Source: Octopus vulgaris
Taxonomy: Eukaryota
DNA length: 64,000 nucleotides
NCBI GenBank assembly: GCA_951406725.2
Contig: OX597838.1
Location: 16,492,001 to 16,556,000 of the forward strand
Reading direction: 5' to 3'
Shown here: positions 13,801 through 27,959 of the stretch, piece by piece
Layout: each line of letters starts with the position of its first letter
Numbering within the stretch: the stretch's first letter is position 1
Made by a program: the position numbers and the translations under genes
Notes under the pieces: generated by a model
The model's database searches: none
The model's input: the letters and a program-made list of their open reading frames with translations, nothing else
What the model was told of the DNA's origin: nothing

Positions 13801-15027
13801 TGTCCTTAACAGAATTTATAGATTTAACACTCTCTTAAGACATGCTAAGCAATTCATTTGTCTTGTTTATTTCCCCGCAAAGTGTTAAGATACTCTAAAA
13901 ATATTGCTGTGTTGCATTTTCTCCATTTTCATTCAGCCTTTATGAATGGACATTCATTTGGTCTTAAACAGTTTGTTCTCATAGGTTAGGCTTGATATTG
14001 AATGCTTTTAATGACATTTTCTAAAGTTTCTTTCAGATAGTTTTTATCACTCCTACTGAGAAAATTTTCTTTGTTTGTAATGGTTAGCTGCATAAAACTC
14101 ATATCGACAGTTGTTAACTTGCAGAATGTGCACCACGGTCTGTTTTTCATAGTCATGGTTGAGTATGGTTTCCTGTGTCTTGAAACCAGTCCCACTACTC
14201 TATACAACCACTACTATAACTGCTTTTACATTGGATGAATGAACGACACAACTGACATGCTTTGAACATGCTTTGAAGCTTCTTTGTCCTTTCCTTCATG
14301 CATCTAACATACAGAACAGACGTTGCTGTTGTTGTCATTTACATGTTTATAAAGTGAGAAGGATAAAAAGGTTGGCATGAAGTGAAGCAAACAGTGAACA
14401 CGGTGGATTTTACAAACAAGGGCTATCTTGGTTGAAGAACGGTGGTGAATAGACAGATTCCATAAAGCTGTTAAAGACAATTTATTTAATTTATTTATGC
14501 ACCCTTTTTCAAGCCTAGCCAGGCTCATGGGCCTTGTTTCCCGGTTTCTATGGCATATGTGTCCCCCTCACCCCAGCTGGATGGGACACCAGTTTTAAAA
14601 AGGTAATATATTATTTTTTTTAAATCGACAACAACCTTCCTGGTTTGACGTGACAATTTATCAAAAAGACCAGCATCAGAGTAGAGAAAAACTCTCAGTA
14701 AATAAGTTTTGATTCAGTCTGACTCAGTTTTAGCTCTCATTTGATACATAAGCTGCAGGCTGGAACAGACCTCATGGTAGGCCCTGCACAAGATAGCTGG
14801 ATGTGATTAGGGAAGATCTTCAGAGGCTTGACGTCACCTTGGAGGATGCAGTTCTCAAAGAGACCAGCACCAGAGTAGAGAAAAACTCTCAGCAAATGAA
14901 GATTATGATCCAGTTTTGACCCAGTTTGACTCAGCTTTAGAGACTTCACTGTTTTTAAAAGGCAATAATATTACAATTTCTCATTTCTATTTCATGTACA
15001 GTTAAGGATTTATTTTGAAGTACTTAC

Positions 15028-15103
15028 AGGATACATACTATCGTCTTCTTCAAATTCAAAGTATGATGTATAATCAGGATCTATTTCAACCATTGCAGGC
15101 CAC
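15028..15103 (-). CDS. ZCWPW1: ZCWPW1-like exon: PWWP core (W-WPAMVEIDPDYTSYFEFEEDDSMYP)
   Basis: First G completes TGG, giving GYPWWPAM across the junction. Acceptor TTTTTTTTCTTTTGAAATTCTAG, donor CCT|GTAAGT. 76 nt, phase 2-0. Confidence 0.92.
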
Positions 15104-16081
15104 CTAGAATTTCAAAAGAAAAAAAACCCAGCTAAGTTCATTTATTTGAAATAATAAAAACCAATTAAAAAAATATCATGTTGGTGTGTGAGTTAGTGTC
15201 AATCAGTGAAATGGTCTTTTTTGGATATGATTTAGGATGTTTGTGGTTGTATCACTAACATTCTACAGAACAGCCATGGGCATTTCTCCTTCTACCAAAC
15301 CTGGCAAAGAAAAAAAAAAAAAGGCTCCAGCTGGGCTGTGTGGTAAGAATCTTGCTATTCAACTACATGGTTTCGAGTTCAGTCCCACTGTGTGGCACAT
15401 TGGACAAGTGTCTTCTACTATAGCTTGGGCCGACCAAAGCCTTGTGAGTGGATTTGCTAGATGGAAACTGAAAGAAGCTCATCGTATATATATATATGTG
15501 TGTGAGTGTGTGTGTCCTCATGCTAGCATGCAAAGCGGACATTAAATGATGATGATGATGATATACACGTTCTTCATTTCAGCTTTATCATTGTTCTTAT
15601 TTTAGTGTCCTTTGTCTGAAATCTTTTGTCACACATCTTGTGACCTCTTTAGGGACTCTCCATCCCATGTGTCTCCTCCTGTTCTGTTTAGTCCACTCTG
15701 TCTTTCACTATTAAAATGTCGAATTTCAAAACAAAAAGTATTTCAACCCTGATCAGTAGCTGAATTTCCACGAAGCTCAACTGTGATTCATACATTGGGT
15801 GGAGTAGTGCTTCTATATCTGTTCTTTTTACAATAACTTAGGCATTGGAGGAGGAGGAGGAGGACTGTACTTAAAACCTTAGGAGGCCATTCTAGACAGG
15901 TGAGATATTAACATGGTTGATGCCTAGATTCAAGATCTGGGGCAGTGCAATGCTATGCACGCAAAAATACTCGAACATACCTAAAAGAAAAAAGAAAGCC
16001 AACAAGCTGATCGGCAAAGATTCATTCATTAATATGCTTTGCCCCATTGGCTTACAAAAATGCTACTTCTTTTCTTTCTTT

Positions 16082-16259
<178 letters not shown>

Positions 16260-17094
16260 ATAGTTTCTTCTCTTCTGAACTGTCTGCATTCTGCTTTTTT
16301 CCGTCAGTCAGTTCCGCCAGGCACACCTGTCTCCCTCCCTCTCATATCCCCCCCCCCACTGTGACTCACCTCTAAGATCCTACACTAGATGCTAGTTCAT
16401 ACAATCCTTCTTGAATTCTTTATCTACCTACACTTTTTCCTGTAGACATTCACCAGAAGACATTTATAACTGAATAGCATACACACACAACCTAAGAGAC
16501 CCTACAAAAGTCATATCATTATCTTCCAATTCTCCTGATTGACTTTATAAAACAGAAGAAGAAAAAAATTGAAAGAAAATAAAAAAGGAAATTAAAATAT
16601 TTTATATTTCATTCCACTCAGTTCTAAATTCAAGCTCTGCCATAGTTTATAGAATAAGTATCGACAAGATTTCGTTCCTTCCCATTACAAAAATCAGTCT
16701 TGTGCCTCAGGAAAAAAAAAAACAAAAAAAATATGAATAAAGACATATGCAAATATGAACATTAGCAGAACCATCCAATTACTCCATTTCTGAGAGGAGA
16801 AAAAAAAAAAGAAAATAAATGAAAATCAGATACAAAAACCAGCAGCAAATGAATAAATAAATAGATAAATGCATAAAAATAAAAACACAACAGCAGCAAC
16901 AATAACAGGAATTTAGGTGATTTATGATTAAAAGTGGGTGAGTTATTTGAAGCTGAGGTTATATTTTGGAGTACTATCTATTCCAAGAAGGAAGATAAAA
17001 AAAAAAAAATTTAGTTTCTTTGATATTGATTTTGAAAGGCTAAGGATGTAGTGAAAATATGGTGAAATTAAACACAAAGAGGCCATTATCGGGA

Positions 17095-17454
17095 TGCTGC
17101 TGATGATGATGACGACGATGATGATGACAACAGCGGTGGTGGTTGTGATGGTGATGACAATAGTGATGATGATGATGATGGTGGTGATGATGGTTGTGGT
17201 AGTGATGGTGATGATAATGATGATGATGATGACAATGATGGTGGTGGTTGTGATGGTGATGATAATAGTGATGATGATGATGGTGGCGGTGATGATGATG
17301 ATGACGACGACAACAGCGGTGGTGGTTGTGATGGTGATGACAATAGTGATGATGATGATGATGATGATGATGATGGTGGTGGTGATGATGAGGATAGTCA
17401 TGATGATGATGATGACGACAGCAGTGGTGGTTGTTGTGATGGTGATGACAATAG

Positions 17455-17485
<31 letters not shown>

Positions 17486-17765
17486 GATGATGAGGATAGT
17501 AATGATGATGATGATGACGATGACAACAGCGGTGGTGGTTGTGATGGTGATGATGACGACAACAACAGCAGTGGTGGTTGTGATGGTGATGACAATAGTG
17601 ATGATGACGATGATGGTGGTGGTGGTGGTGGTGATGATGAGGATAGTAATGATGATGATGATGACAATGATGGTGGTGGTAGTGATGACGATAGTGATGA
17701 TAACGATGACAACATTGATGGTGATGGTGGTGGTGGTAGCGATGATGATGATGACAACAGTGGTG
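17095..17765. repeat. Complex (GAT/GGT)n array with higher-order unit
   Basis: Recurring ACAGC(A/G)GTGGTGGTTGTGATGGTGATGACAATAGT block. Confidence 0.92.
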
Positions 17766-19217
17766 GGAGGTGAGCATTGCCAACACCATTATTACTCATC
17801 TGTAGGTGTGTTGTGACAAGTATTATAAAGCTTACATAACCGGATGGAAAGAGTCTCAGATGGACATACATACATACAAAGACAGATACAAAGTGAGGGG
17901 GAGAGCAAGGGAATTAGAGATATACAGGTTCAGACAGATATCAAAAAATAAATTCACACATACACACACACACTAGTATTATAAACAATATTGATTTATA
18001 GAAGTCTTTTGTTTCTGTGAGGTCAACACACTAAGTACCAGAAATATACTGAAGACAATCTAATTGACTCTGTTCTTCTTTTATAAAAAATTGGCCTTGT
18101 GCCTAGTCAGAACAAATCAATATTGATCTAAAGAAATCAATATGAACTCAAAGGCAACAATCATATTGTTAATATGCTGAGAGAAAATTAAAAATACAAG
18201 TGTAACATATGCGAGCAAATGTAACTATTATCCATAAATTATGTCTTCATCTGATGAGACTCTGAAAGTTGTAAAATAAAAAAAAAATTAAGAAAAAACA
18301 TAAATAGATTCCATTTATTTATTTATTTTATTGCATTATCCATGATCGTCAATGCATATAACAGGAAAGACTAATTAAAGCACAATGATTGGAGTCATTC
18401 CTAGTTGAAAGAAAAGGAAAAAAAAAAAAAAGTCCAGACAATTTTTTTTTTACTTGTGAAGAGATTAAAGGGATTTTCTTTGCATATAAAATATCCAGAT
18501 TGTATTTGATGTGAATGGTAATGAAACTTGGGCCAGTGAAAGATGATAGGAAGGCTTATAGAAATCGCAAACAATGTTACATATATTGAAAATGAATTCG
18601 TGGGCTTGGTGGATGATCTCATATGAAATCACATTCTGTCAGAGGATTATTGGAAACAAGTGTGACATGCAAAAGTTGAAGGAAAAACAATCTAGTTCAA
18701 TTCACACACAAACACGAATATAAATAACCATGGAGAGAGTTAGGTGGGTAAATAACTACAGCCAGCAACTTTTTGGTTATTAGGGTAAAAACAGAAGAAA
18801 AAAAATGGTATGTAAAAAAAAAAAAAAAAAACCCAAGGCAAAAACCCAATCAACATGAAGTTGATTTAAAATTGAGTCAGAAATTGGATAACAGGAACAA
18901 AGAATGTTCAATCAATGCAAAAATGAAAGCATGCATTAGAACAATGACGAAAAAGTGTATGCTGAAATCAAGGCCAATTAGAGTTGAAGGCTTTTCAGAA
19001 ATATTAGCATTAAAAACAAAGAAAAAAACCCCCAAAAAACAATAAAAAACCAAATGTCCTTGCATCATATTTTATAAATATGTTGTATGAACACACGCAA
19101 ATATTCATGTCTACAGTCTCACCAATATATATTTAATATGTACAAAATACAAAAGACCCCCAACTGATACAGTTATGAGAAATGTTTCATTTAAAAAAAA
19201 AATGTGTAAATGTAGAT

Positions 19218-19374
19218 AGGCGTAGGAGTGGCTGTGTGGTAAGTAGCTTGCTTATGAACCACATGGTTCCGGGTTCAGTCCCACTGCGTGGCACCTTGTG
19301 TAAGTGTCTCCTACTATAGCCTCGGGCCAACCAAAGTAGATTTGGTAGACGGAAACTGAAAGAAGCCCATCGTA

Positions 19375-19413
<39 letters not shown>

Positions 19414-19613
19414 TCATCATCATCGTCCCCCCAACATCGCTTGACAACCAATGCTGGTGTGTTTACATCCCCGTAACTTAGCGGTTCGGCAAAAAAAGAT
19501 ACCAATAAAATAAGTACTAGGCTTACAAAGAATAAGTCCTGGGGTCGATTTGATCGACTAAAGGCAGTGCTCCACCATGGCCACAGTCACATGACTGAAA
19601 CAAGTAAAAGAGA
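19218..19613 (+). mobile_element. SINE family A
   Basis: Full head to AGTAAAAGAG tail. Confidence 0.9.
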
Positions 19614-20214
19614 ATGTGATGAGGTACAGGATAGTTTGAAGCAAGGGAAAATTATGAGAATAACAAAAAATTATGACTATAAGTGACGGCAAAAATCTGA
19701 GAATCAGAAAAGAGCATGGCAGTAGACAAAAATCTAATTATAAATGGGAACAAGAATGGTTGTGTAGTTAAGGGAGTTTGTACTGCATCCACAAAGTTTC
19801 TGGGTTCAGAAGGGGTCTTCTACTGGCCATAGGCCCAGGATGATCAATAACTTGTGTGTGGAATTTAGTAGGTGGAAACTGCACAGAATCTCATCATATT
19901 AAGCAGTCTGGATTATCTTAAAGAACTGAGAGTAAGGACAAAGTTTTGAAGTAGCATACCAGATGCTTTGTATAACAATCCTTTCTTTAGTCCAATTTAA
20001 GGACTTTTCTAAATTGTTGGCTAGATTAAAGTCTCATAAGAGACATGGAGATCAGAAGTAAAACAAAAGAAGAAAAAGTTCTGTTAGGTCAGAATATGTC
20101 AAAATTAATGGGAGAGCCCATTACAAACACACATACATATATATATATCAGACCACCAACACCACCACCAGCAGCACCACCAGCACCACTGCTGCCACTG
20201 CCGCCGCCGCCACT

Positions 20215-20555
20215 TAATGTCTGTTTTCCATGCTGGCATGGGTTGGGCGGCTTGGCAGAAACTGATAAGGCCAGGGGCCGCACCAAGTACTGTAATTTGT
20301 TTTGGCTTGGTTTCTACGGGTAGATGCCCTTCCTAATGCCAACTGCTTCATTAGGAATGTACTGGAACCTTTTTATATGGCACCATCACAAGTGCTTTTT
20401 AAGTGGAACCTTGGTTTTAGGATCCCAATTCTGTTGTGGTGGGCAGGTCTTTGCAAGTTCAGCAATTGCGCCACATAGCTTGGTCCTCTGTCATCTCCTT
20501 TGTAAGGTTCATCATTTTCAGATCAGCTTTCAAAACTTTATTCCATGTCTTCCTG
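20215..20555 (-). mobile_element. RTE LINE 3' fragment
   Basis: RKTWNKVLKADLKMMNLTKEMTEDQAMWR resembles the RTE C-terminus; followed by the shared 3' UTR. Confidence 0.75.
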
Positions 20556-20798
20556 ATGCATATCCATAAAGGATGTCCCTTGTCTTCCAGATGCAGATCA
20601 ATAAAGGATATGAAAGTCATTGCGAAGACAAAAATAAATAAATATAACAAACATTTCTTCTTCTCTCAGTTACATAAACTGGCTTGACATTCTTGTTGAT
20701 AAAAATGCAATACACCAGAGACTAGCCTGTTGAATACCTGTAACCAACAATTGCTATTATTCCTAGACTGTGACACAATATATATATATATATATGTG

Positions 20799-21108
20799 GA
20801 GGCGCAATGGCACAGTGGTTTGGGCAGCGGACTCACGGTTGTAGGATTGCAGTTTCAATTCCCAGACCGGGTGTTGTGAGTGTTTATTGAGCGAAAACAC
20901 CTCAAGCTCCATGCGGCTCCGGCAGGGAGGGGTGGCGATCCCTGCTGTACTCTTTTGCCACACCTTTCTCTCACTCTTTCTTCTGTTGGCCTGCTCGCTT
21001 AGCCAACAGGGTAGCGTCATTTGAAGGCTAAAACAATGTGAAGTGCATTGTGGCCAGCGATGTGTAGCAACATCTGATAGCCTGGTCGGTCATGGTGATC
21101 ACGGTGAT
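20799..21108 (+). mobile_element. SINE group C (head H2 + tail T3)
   Basis: GGCGCAATGGCACAGTGGTT head shared with the 21884 copy; different 3' part; inserted in (TA)n. Confidence 0.8.
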
Positions 21109-21883
21109 ATATATATATATATAAAACAAAATAAAATAATACAAGATGCACTGAGAATTGAATTTTTGTGCTTTTTCTTTGCACGCATACGATTAAAAAT
21201 TTGTAAATGCATTCTGCCTCTGAGTCTATCCTATTGATTTTAGATTTCCAACTCATCAACTCTCAATCAATATTAATGGTGATGAATCAAATTTCTCCAT
21301 TGGTCCACCGGTCCAACCAACAAAGACTAAAAAAAAAAAAAAAAAAAAAAAACTAGGAAATCAACTTATGGATGAGTTAAGAGTGCAACAAACACTAGCT
21401 GGAAATAACAGTAATAAAACCAGTGCCCCCGCCCTATGCCCACCACGTGACCAACATTTGTTGTAAGCCATACAATACAACCAATACAATTACTCGTGAG
21501 GATTTCTCCTATAGTTCACAGTTATATTATTCTGAAATCACAAAGTGGTTGAGAAGATAACAATGTAACAAAAAACAAACAAACAAACACAGAAAACTGT
21601 GAACATGAATTTTTACAAATATTTTTTTTTTTCTGGTTCTAAGACTACTCAATATTCTGCAAATATTGAAATATCCAGTTCTTACATCTTCTAATGTTTC
21701 ATGTGAAATATATGAAGAAATTATTACAGTATGATAATAGAAAGACAAGACACTGACATAAAGCAGGAATTGTGATAATATAGAATTACACAAGGAAAAT
21801 TATACTGAGTGTAGATATCTGCTTGTTGAAGTCATTGGACTGTGGCTATGCTGGGGCACCACTTCAAATAAATTGACCCCAAT

Positions 21884-22266
21884 GGAAGCACTCCATCGGT
21901 TCCGACGACGAGGGTTCCGGTTGATCCGATCAACGGAACAGCCTGCTCGTGAAATTAACGTGTAAGTGGCTGAGCACTCCACAGACACATGTACCCTTAA
22001 CGTAGTTCTCGGGGATATTCAGCGTGACACAGAGAGTGACAAGGCCGGCCCTTTGAAATACAGGTACAACAGAAACAGAAAGTAAGAGAGAGAGAGAGTT
22101 GTGGTGAAAGAGTACAGCATGGATCACCACCATCCCCTGCCGGAGCCTCGTGGAGCTCTAGGTGTTTTCGCTCAATAAACACTCACAACGCCCGGTCTGG
22201 GAATCGAAACCGTGATCCTACGACCGCGAGTCCGCTGCCCTAACCACTGGGCCATTGCGCCTCCAC
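21884..22266 (-). mobile_element. SINE group C (head H2 + tail T1)
   Basis: Intact A/B boxes. 12-bp TSD ATTGACCCCAAT (21872-21883 / 22267-22278). Confidence 0.9.
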
Positions 22267-22454
22267 ATTGACCCCAATACTGAAGAGAACTGATGCAATT
22301 AAACAGGAATATATGTTCTACTTGAAGCACAATGTGCGTGCATTGTGAGTGCAACACCAAATATGAACAGACTGTCAACGGAGGAAATATACGGGATTAT
22401 CCAAACCTGTTCTTAAATACTTTTATACTAATGATTATTATATCTGGTTCATAT

Positions 22455-22867
22455 TTCTTTATTGCTCACTAGGGGCTAAACATAGAGGGGACAAACAAGG
22501 ACAGACAAAGGGATTAAGTCGATTATATCAACCCCAGTGCGTAACTGGTACTTAATTTATCGACCCCGAAAAAATGAAAGGCAAAGTCGACCTCGGTGGA
22601 ATTTGAACTCAGAACGTAACGGCAGACGAAATACCTATTTCTTTACTTCCCACAAGGGGCTAAACATAGAGGGAACAAACAAGGACAGACAAAGGGATTA
22701 AGTCGATTACATCGATCCCCAGTGCGTAACTGGTACTTAATTTATCGACCTCAAAAAGATGAAAAGCAAAGTCGACCTCAGCGGAATTTGAACTCAGAAC
22801 GTAACAGCAGACGAAATACCGCTAAGCATTTCGCTCGGCGTGCTAACGTTTCTGCCAGCTCGCCACT
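22455..22867 (-). mobile_element. SINE family B, tandem dimer
   Basis: One head plus two copies of the ~180-bp body. Confidence 0.88.
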
Positions 22868-23018
22868 ATATCTGTTTCTTGCAGCATCATTCTGCTACAA
22901 ATATAACTACCAATGCAATACTGTTAGACTAGCTTTGGATTAAACTTACCATGCCAATAAATTATGTGAACTCATCCATAAAATTCATCTCAGCAATCAC
23001 ATTTCCATTCTTCCTTAA

Positions 23019-23209
23019 TCCTTTAGTATTTAAACTGGCCATATCCAACCCAAATATTCTACTGGTTTTATATCGAATTCAACCAAATCCAGCCTCTCAC
23101 ACTTACCCTACAATGTCATGCTGAAAATAAAACATCACGTAATCAAAATCTCAAAGCTACAAGAGAATAAATGATTACTTGAAAGCAGAGCAATTTGAAT
23201 GCTAAAGGG
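23019..23209. mobile_element. TTAA MITE (degenerate)
   Basis: TTAA-TCCTTTAG ... CTAAAGGG-TT; similar to 60604 and 61098. Confidence 0.75.
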
Positions 23210-23408
23210 TTGCAATATACCCAGTTAAAGTAATGTTATGCCATGATTCAAAGTCTTCTTATTATCTCTGGGGTTATTCCATGTTTGCTTTTTGCCAAAG
23301 GGGCAAAATGTCTGTGACTTTGAAATATCGGCTGATCATACAGAAGGGTTTTCCAACATTGTAATGGATTCAGAAAATTTTGCAATATCTCTGAGAAGCT
23401 CCCACAGT

Positions 23409-23811
23409 TTACTCTTTTACTTGTTTCAGTCATTTGACTGCGGCCATGCTGGAGCACTGCCTTTTTAGTCGAGTAAATCGACCCCAGGACTTATTCTTTG
23501 TAAGCCTAGTACTTATTCTATCAGTTTCTTTTGCTGAACCGCTAAGTTACGGGGACGTAAACACACCACCATCGGTTGTCAAGCAATGGTGCGGGGACAA
23601 ACACAGACACACAAACATATACACACATACATATATATACATATATATGACGGGTTTCTTCCAGTTTCCGTCTACCAAATCCACTCACAAGGCTTTGGTC
23701 GGCCCGAGGCTATAACAGAAGACACTAGCCCAAGGTGCCACGCAGTGGGAATGAACTCGGAACCACATGGTTGGTAAGCAAGCTACTTACCACACAGCCA
23801 CTCCTGCGCCT
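23409..23811 (-). mobile_element. SINE family A
   Basis: Full-length reverse copy. Confidence 0.9.
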
Positions 23812-24478
23812 GTTTCTGAATGGGGCTAAACACATCTCCAGTGTTTATTTCATGTGCATTTCACAAAATACTGCTGTTATCTGATTTCTTTAACAAATCC
23901 ATTTTCAAGTGCATTGATATAAATGTTTGCTTAATTCAGAAACATTTTACACTATCATTAGTTGCTAAGCATTTGGCAGATACAAAAGGAAAAAAAAAAG
24001 TAAAGTATTACACAAGACTTTGTAGGTTATTGGCTGTGTAGTCAAGAACTGTTTCCTGACCACATGGTTTTGGGTTCAGTTCCACAGCATGGCACCCTGG
24101 ACAAGTGTCTTCTACTATAGCCCTGGGACAACCAAAGCCTTGTGAGTGGGTTTTGTAAACAGTAACTAAAAGAAGCCTATATCATATCTATGTGTGTGAA
24201 TGTGTGTATGTTTGTATTTTCTTGTCTTGACGTTGCATGATAGCTGTAAATGAGTGTCACTGTTATACAAGCAGCATCATTCATTTCCACTCTTCTGGGA
24301 AAACATATCTGGCCATGGGGGAATATTATCTAACTTGGAAACAGGTGAAGGTTGACGACAAGGGCATCAACAGGTGAAGGTTGACAACAAAAAGGGCATC
24401 AAGCCATAGAAAATTTGCCTCAGTAAGCTGTTTGATTCATGCAAGCATGGAAAAGTAGACATTAAACTACAGACAATG

Positions 24479-24479
<1 letters not shown>

Positions 24480-24516
<37 letters not shown>

Positions 24517-25055
24517 GATTATTATTATTATTGAGTGAAAAAGCAATGCATACCATCAAAATGATACAGGGTACAAATATACAAAGCCCAATATACCCAT
24601 CATGACTACCCGTCTGATAAGGGCACACCAGGCACATGCATCACAACCTTATGTGGCTACATGGTTATCTCATATCAAGGTAAACAGCACATGATCTTGC
24701 AGGTGGGGTCCAGTTAGAATTTTTTTGGGTTGAGTAGCCCATCCTGCTTAAAGAGCCCTGAATAAGATTTATTTAAGGATGATAAATAAAACACCATGTT
24801 TCCAGAGGTGAATTATACAGATCCAAAAGAATCCCTCTCTACACATGGCTATGATGCTCCCCAACTTCTCCTACTTGTGATCAGAGAGACACACATATCA
24901 TCACCCACTAAGGGACATGCTCAACTGGTTAAGGTCAAACAATTGGCAAGCAAATCTGTGGTACCGAACAGAATATTAGCTGTAGCCCATCTTTTACACC
25001 AAGACAAAACAGTTAAGATTAGAGGCCATGAGAGCCACTGCCTGGTACTGCATTC
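24480..25055 (-). mobile_element. Unclassified interspersed repeat with (TAA)n tail
   Basis: 24820-24990 recurs at ~57020-57185 (GAATCCCTCTC.ACACATGGCTATGATGCTCC...AGCAAATCTGTGGTA). Strand inferred from the tail only. Confidence 0.55.
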
Positions 25056-25839
25056 ATCTTCTTCTTATTATTATTATCATTATTATTTATATTATGAAGT
25101 ATGTCAATGGCATTGGCAGTTCACCATTCCTCTTTAATTTATTGCAAATATAAGGAACAACTGAAGCAGAATGGTACAATTGGTAACTCAAACTTATATT
25201 GCATGTTCCATTTGCTAGAAACTTACCAACATTCAGTAGTAGTCACATTTAGCAAAGACATATTCAGAAATAAGGAACAAGGAAAATAATCCTTTCTACT
25301 ATAGGCACAAGGCCTGAAATGTCAGGGAAGAAGCAAGTCAATTACATCAACCCCAGTACATGACTGGTACTTATTTTATTGACCCCCAAAAGGATGAAAG
25401 GCAAAGTCAACCTCGGTGGAATTTGAACTCAGAATGTAAAGATGGACAAATTACTGTGAAGCATTTAGTCCAGCATATTAATGATTCTGCAAGCTCACCA
25501 CCTTAGTAATAGGTAAAATATAAGCAATAGTGAAAATACTTAGGGACACACCAAACTTAATACAGAAAAGATATAAACAAAGGATACCAAACACAGAATA
25601 GGATTACTAATGGGAATTAGCAGTCAGCCAGCAAACTAAAATTCAGCCAAACAGACGGAGATGTCTAATAATTCAAGATTATGGATGCCTAACATGTGTC
25701 TGGGGTGAATATTTAATCTACAATTAATTGTATTGTCATGGCTTTCTACATCCCTGCATTTGGGTTTTATTTTATATTCTGCATGGCACGTGACTTGTTG
25801 GTTGGGGATATTTGGCTCACAATCATAAGGTTAATTATA

Positions 25840-26237
25840 GGCATAGGAGTGGCTATGTAGTAAGTAGTTTGCTTACAAACCACATGGTTCCGGGTTCAGT
25901 CCCACTGTGTGGCACCTTGGGCAAGTGTCTTCTACTATAGCCTCAGGCCGACCAAAGCCTTGTGAGTGGATCTGGTAGATGGAAACTGAAAGAAGTCCAT
26001 CGTATATATGTATATGTATGTGTGTGTGTATGTGTGTTTGTATGTCTGTGTTTGTCCCCCAACATTGCTTGACAACTGATGCTGGTGTGTTTACGTTCCC
26101 GTAACTTAGCAGTTTGGCAAAAGACCTGATATAATAAGCACTAGGCTTACAAAGAGTAAGTCCTGGGGTTGATTTGCTCAAATAAAGGCAGTGCTCCAGT
26201 ATGGCCACAGTGAAATGACAGAAACAAGTAAAAGAGT

Positions 26238-26272
<35 letters not shown>

Positions 26273-26412
26273 TAAAATATATATATATATTTTACTCTTT
26301 TACTTGTTTCAGTCATTTCACCGTGGCCATGCTGGAGCACCGCCTTTAGTTGGGCAAATCAACCCCAAGACTTACTCTTTGTAAGCTTAGTACTTATTCT
26401 ATAGGTCTCTTT
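25840..26412. mobile_element. Family A SINE (+, 25840-26240) with an inverted copy of its own 3' end
   Basis: Tail-to-tail inverted arrangement around (TA)n, with shared private variants. Confidence 0.85.
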
Positions 26413-26904
26413 ATATATATATATGTGATGGGCTTCTTTTAGTTTCCATCTACCAAATCCACTTACATGGCTGCAGTCAATGACTCAAACAAGTAAAAAG
26501 ATGTATGCATGCCTGTGTGAGTGTGTGTGTGTAAGCGTGTGTATGTTATATCAGGAAAAATATTATTCAAATCTTTTTATTACTCTTAAATAAACACAAT
26601 ATATTTTTAGTACATCAAGTAGTTTATCAGTTGACAAAACAAACCAAGTGTGTACCTCTATGCTTCGGCTGCATTACATTAGGCCTTAGTTTGTTTGTTT
26701 GCCTGTTTATCAATTGCGTGTTTACCAGGCGCAGGAGTGGCCGTGTAGTAAGAAGCTTGCTTCCCAACCACGTGGTTCCAGGTTAAGACCCACTGTATGG
26801 CACCTTGGGCAAGTGTTTTCTACAATAGCCTCAGGCTAAGCAAAGCCCTGTGAGTGGATTTGGTAAATGGAAACTGAAAGAAGCTCATCATATATATATA
26901 TATA

Positions 26905-27003
<99 letters not shown>

Positions 27004-27897
27004 TACATATAATAAGGAATAAATATTCAAAATTGAATATTTATCAATAATATTAGTACACCAACTTGTTCTACAGGTATGTACGTACTTGTAGTGTATG
27101 TCACGCATACTTCAAAGGAAGAAGTGAGTGGCAAAGCGAGATGAGGACAAAGAGGAAGTAAGACAGAAAGAGAGAGAGAGAGAGTGAGAGAGAAAGAGAG
27201 AGTGAAAGAGACAGTGAGTGGTGACGGCATTCATTCCATGGTACCTTGGGCAAGTGTCTTCTACTATAGTCTCAGGCCTTGTGAGTGGATTTCATGGATG
27301 GAAACATCTCCTCCACATACCCGTGTTTCACCAGTCACTGTATTCTCCATCCCCACACTCTTTACATTCATGTGAAGTCCCTACTCCCTACACATGTACC
27401 CTTGGCAATACTCTACCATCCCATTTATATTCTGATCCCCATAATTTGAGAGCATGCTCAGGCACCTCGCCATTATCTAACTTTCTCTTGCTCTACTCTA
27501 CCACCCCATTTGTATTCTGATCCCCTATACTTTGAGAGCATACCCTGGCACTTCACCACCATCTCTCTCCAGCTCTCTCTCTTGCACACTCACCCTCATT
27601 TTCTTCTACTTGTTTTCTCATTTGCGACCACTCACTCTCTCTTGCTCTCACCCTCTGATTGGGCAACCCTGTATCTCCTCTACAGCAACACACCTGTTTC
27701 TGTAAAAACTATGCCAAAACAGGCCTCGCCGGAGCTGGTGCCATATAAAAGGCACTCAATCCAATCTGTAAGGTGGTTGGTGTTAGGAAGGGCAGCTAAC
27801 TATAAAAACCTTGCCAAAACAGACAGCAAAGCTTGGTGCAGCCTTCTGCCTAGCCAATCCCTGTCCAACCGAAACCAGCATGGAAAATGGATGTTAA

Positions 27898-27959
<62 letters not shown>

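Noticed and set aside
13986-14528. Two minus-strand ORFs that might be the next ZCWPW1 exon or a decayed transposase
   Set aside because: No YHVxF/SRAW PWWP continuation and no convincing splice sites. Transposase similarity is too weak to call without a search.
18251-18280. Hammerhead-like CTGATGA-GAC...GTT-GTAAA (also GAAAC..CTGATGA near 36640-36665, minus)
   Set aside because: GAAA core or stem II pairing is missing; cannot fold as a hammerhead.
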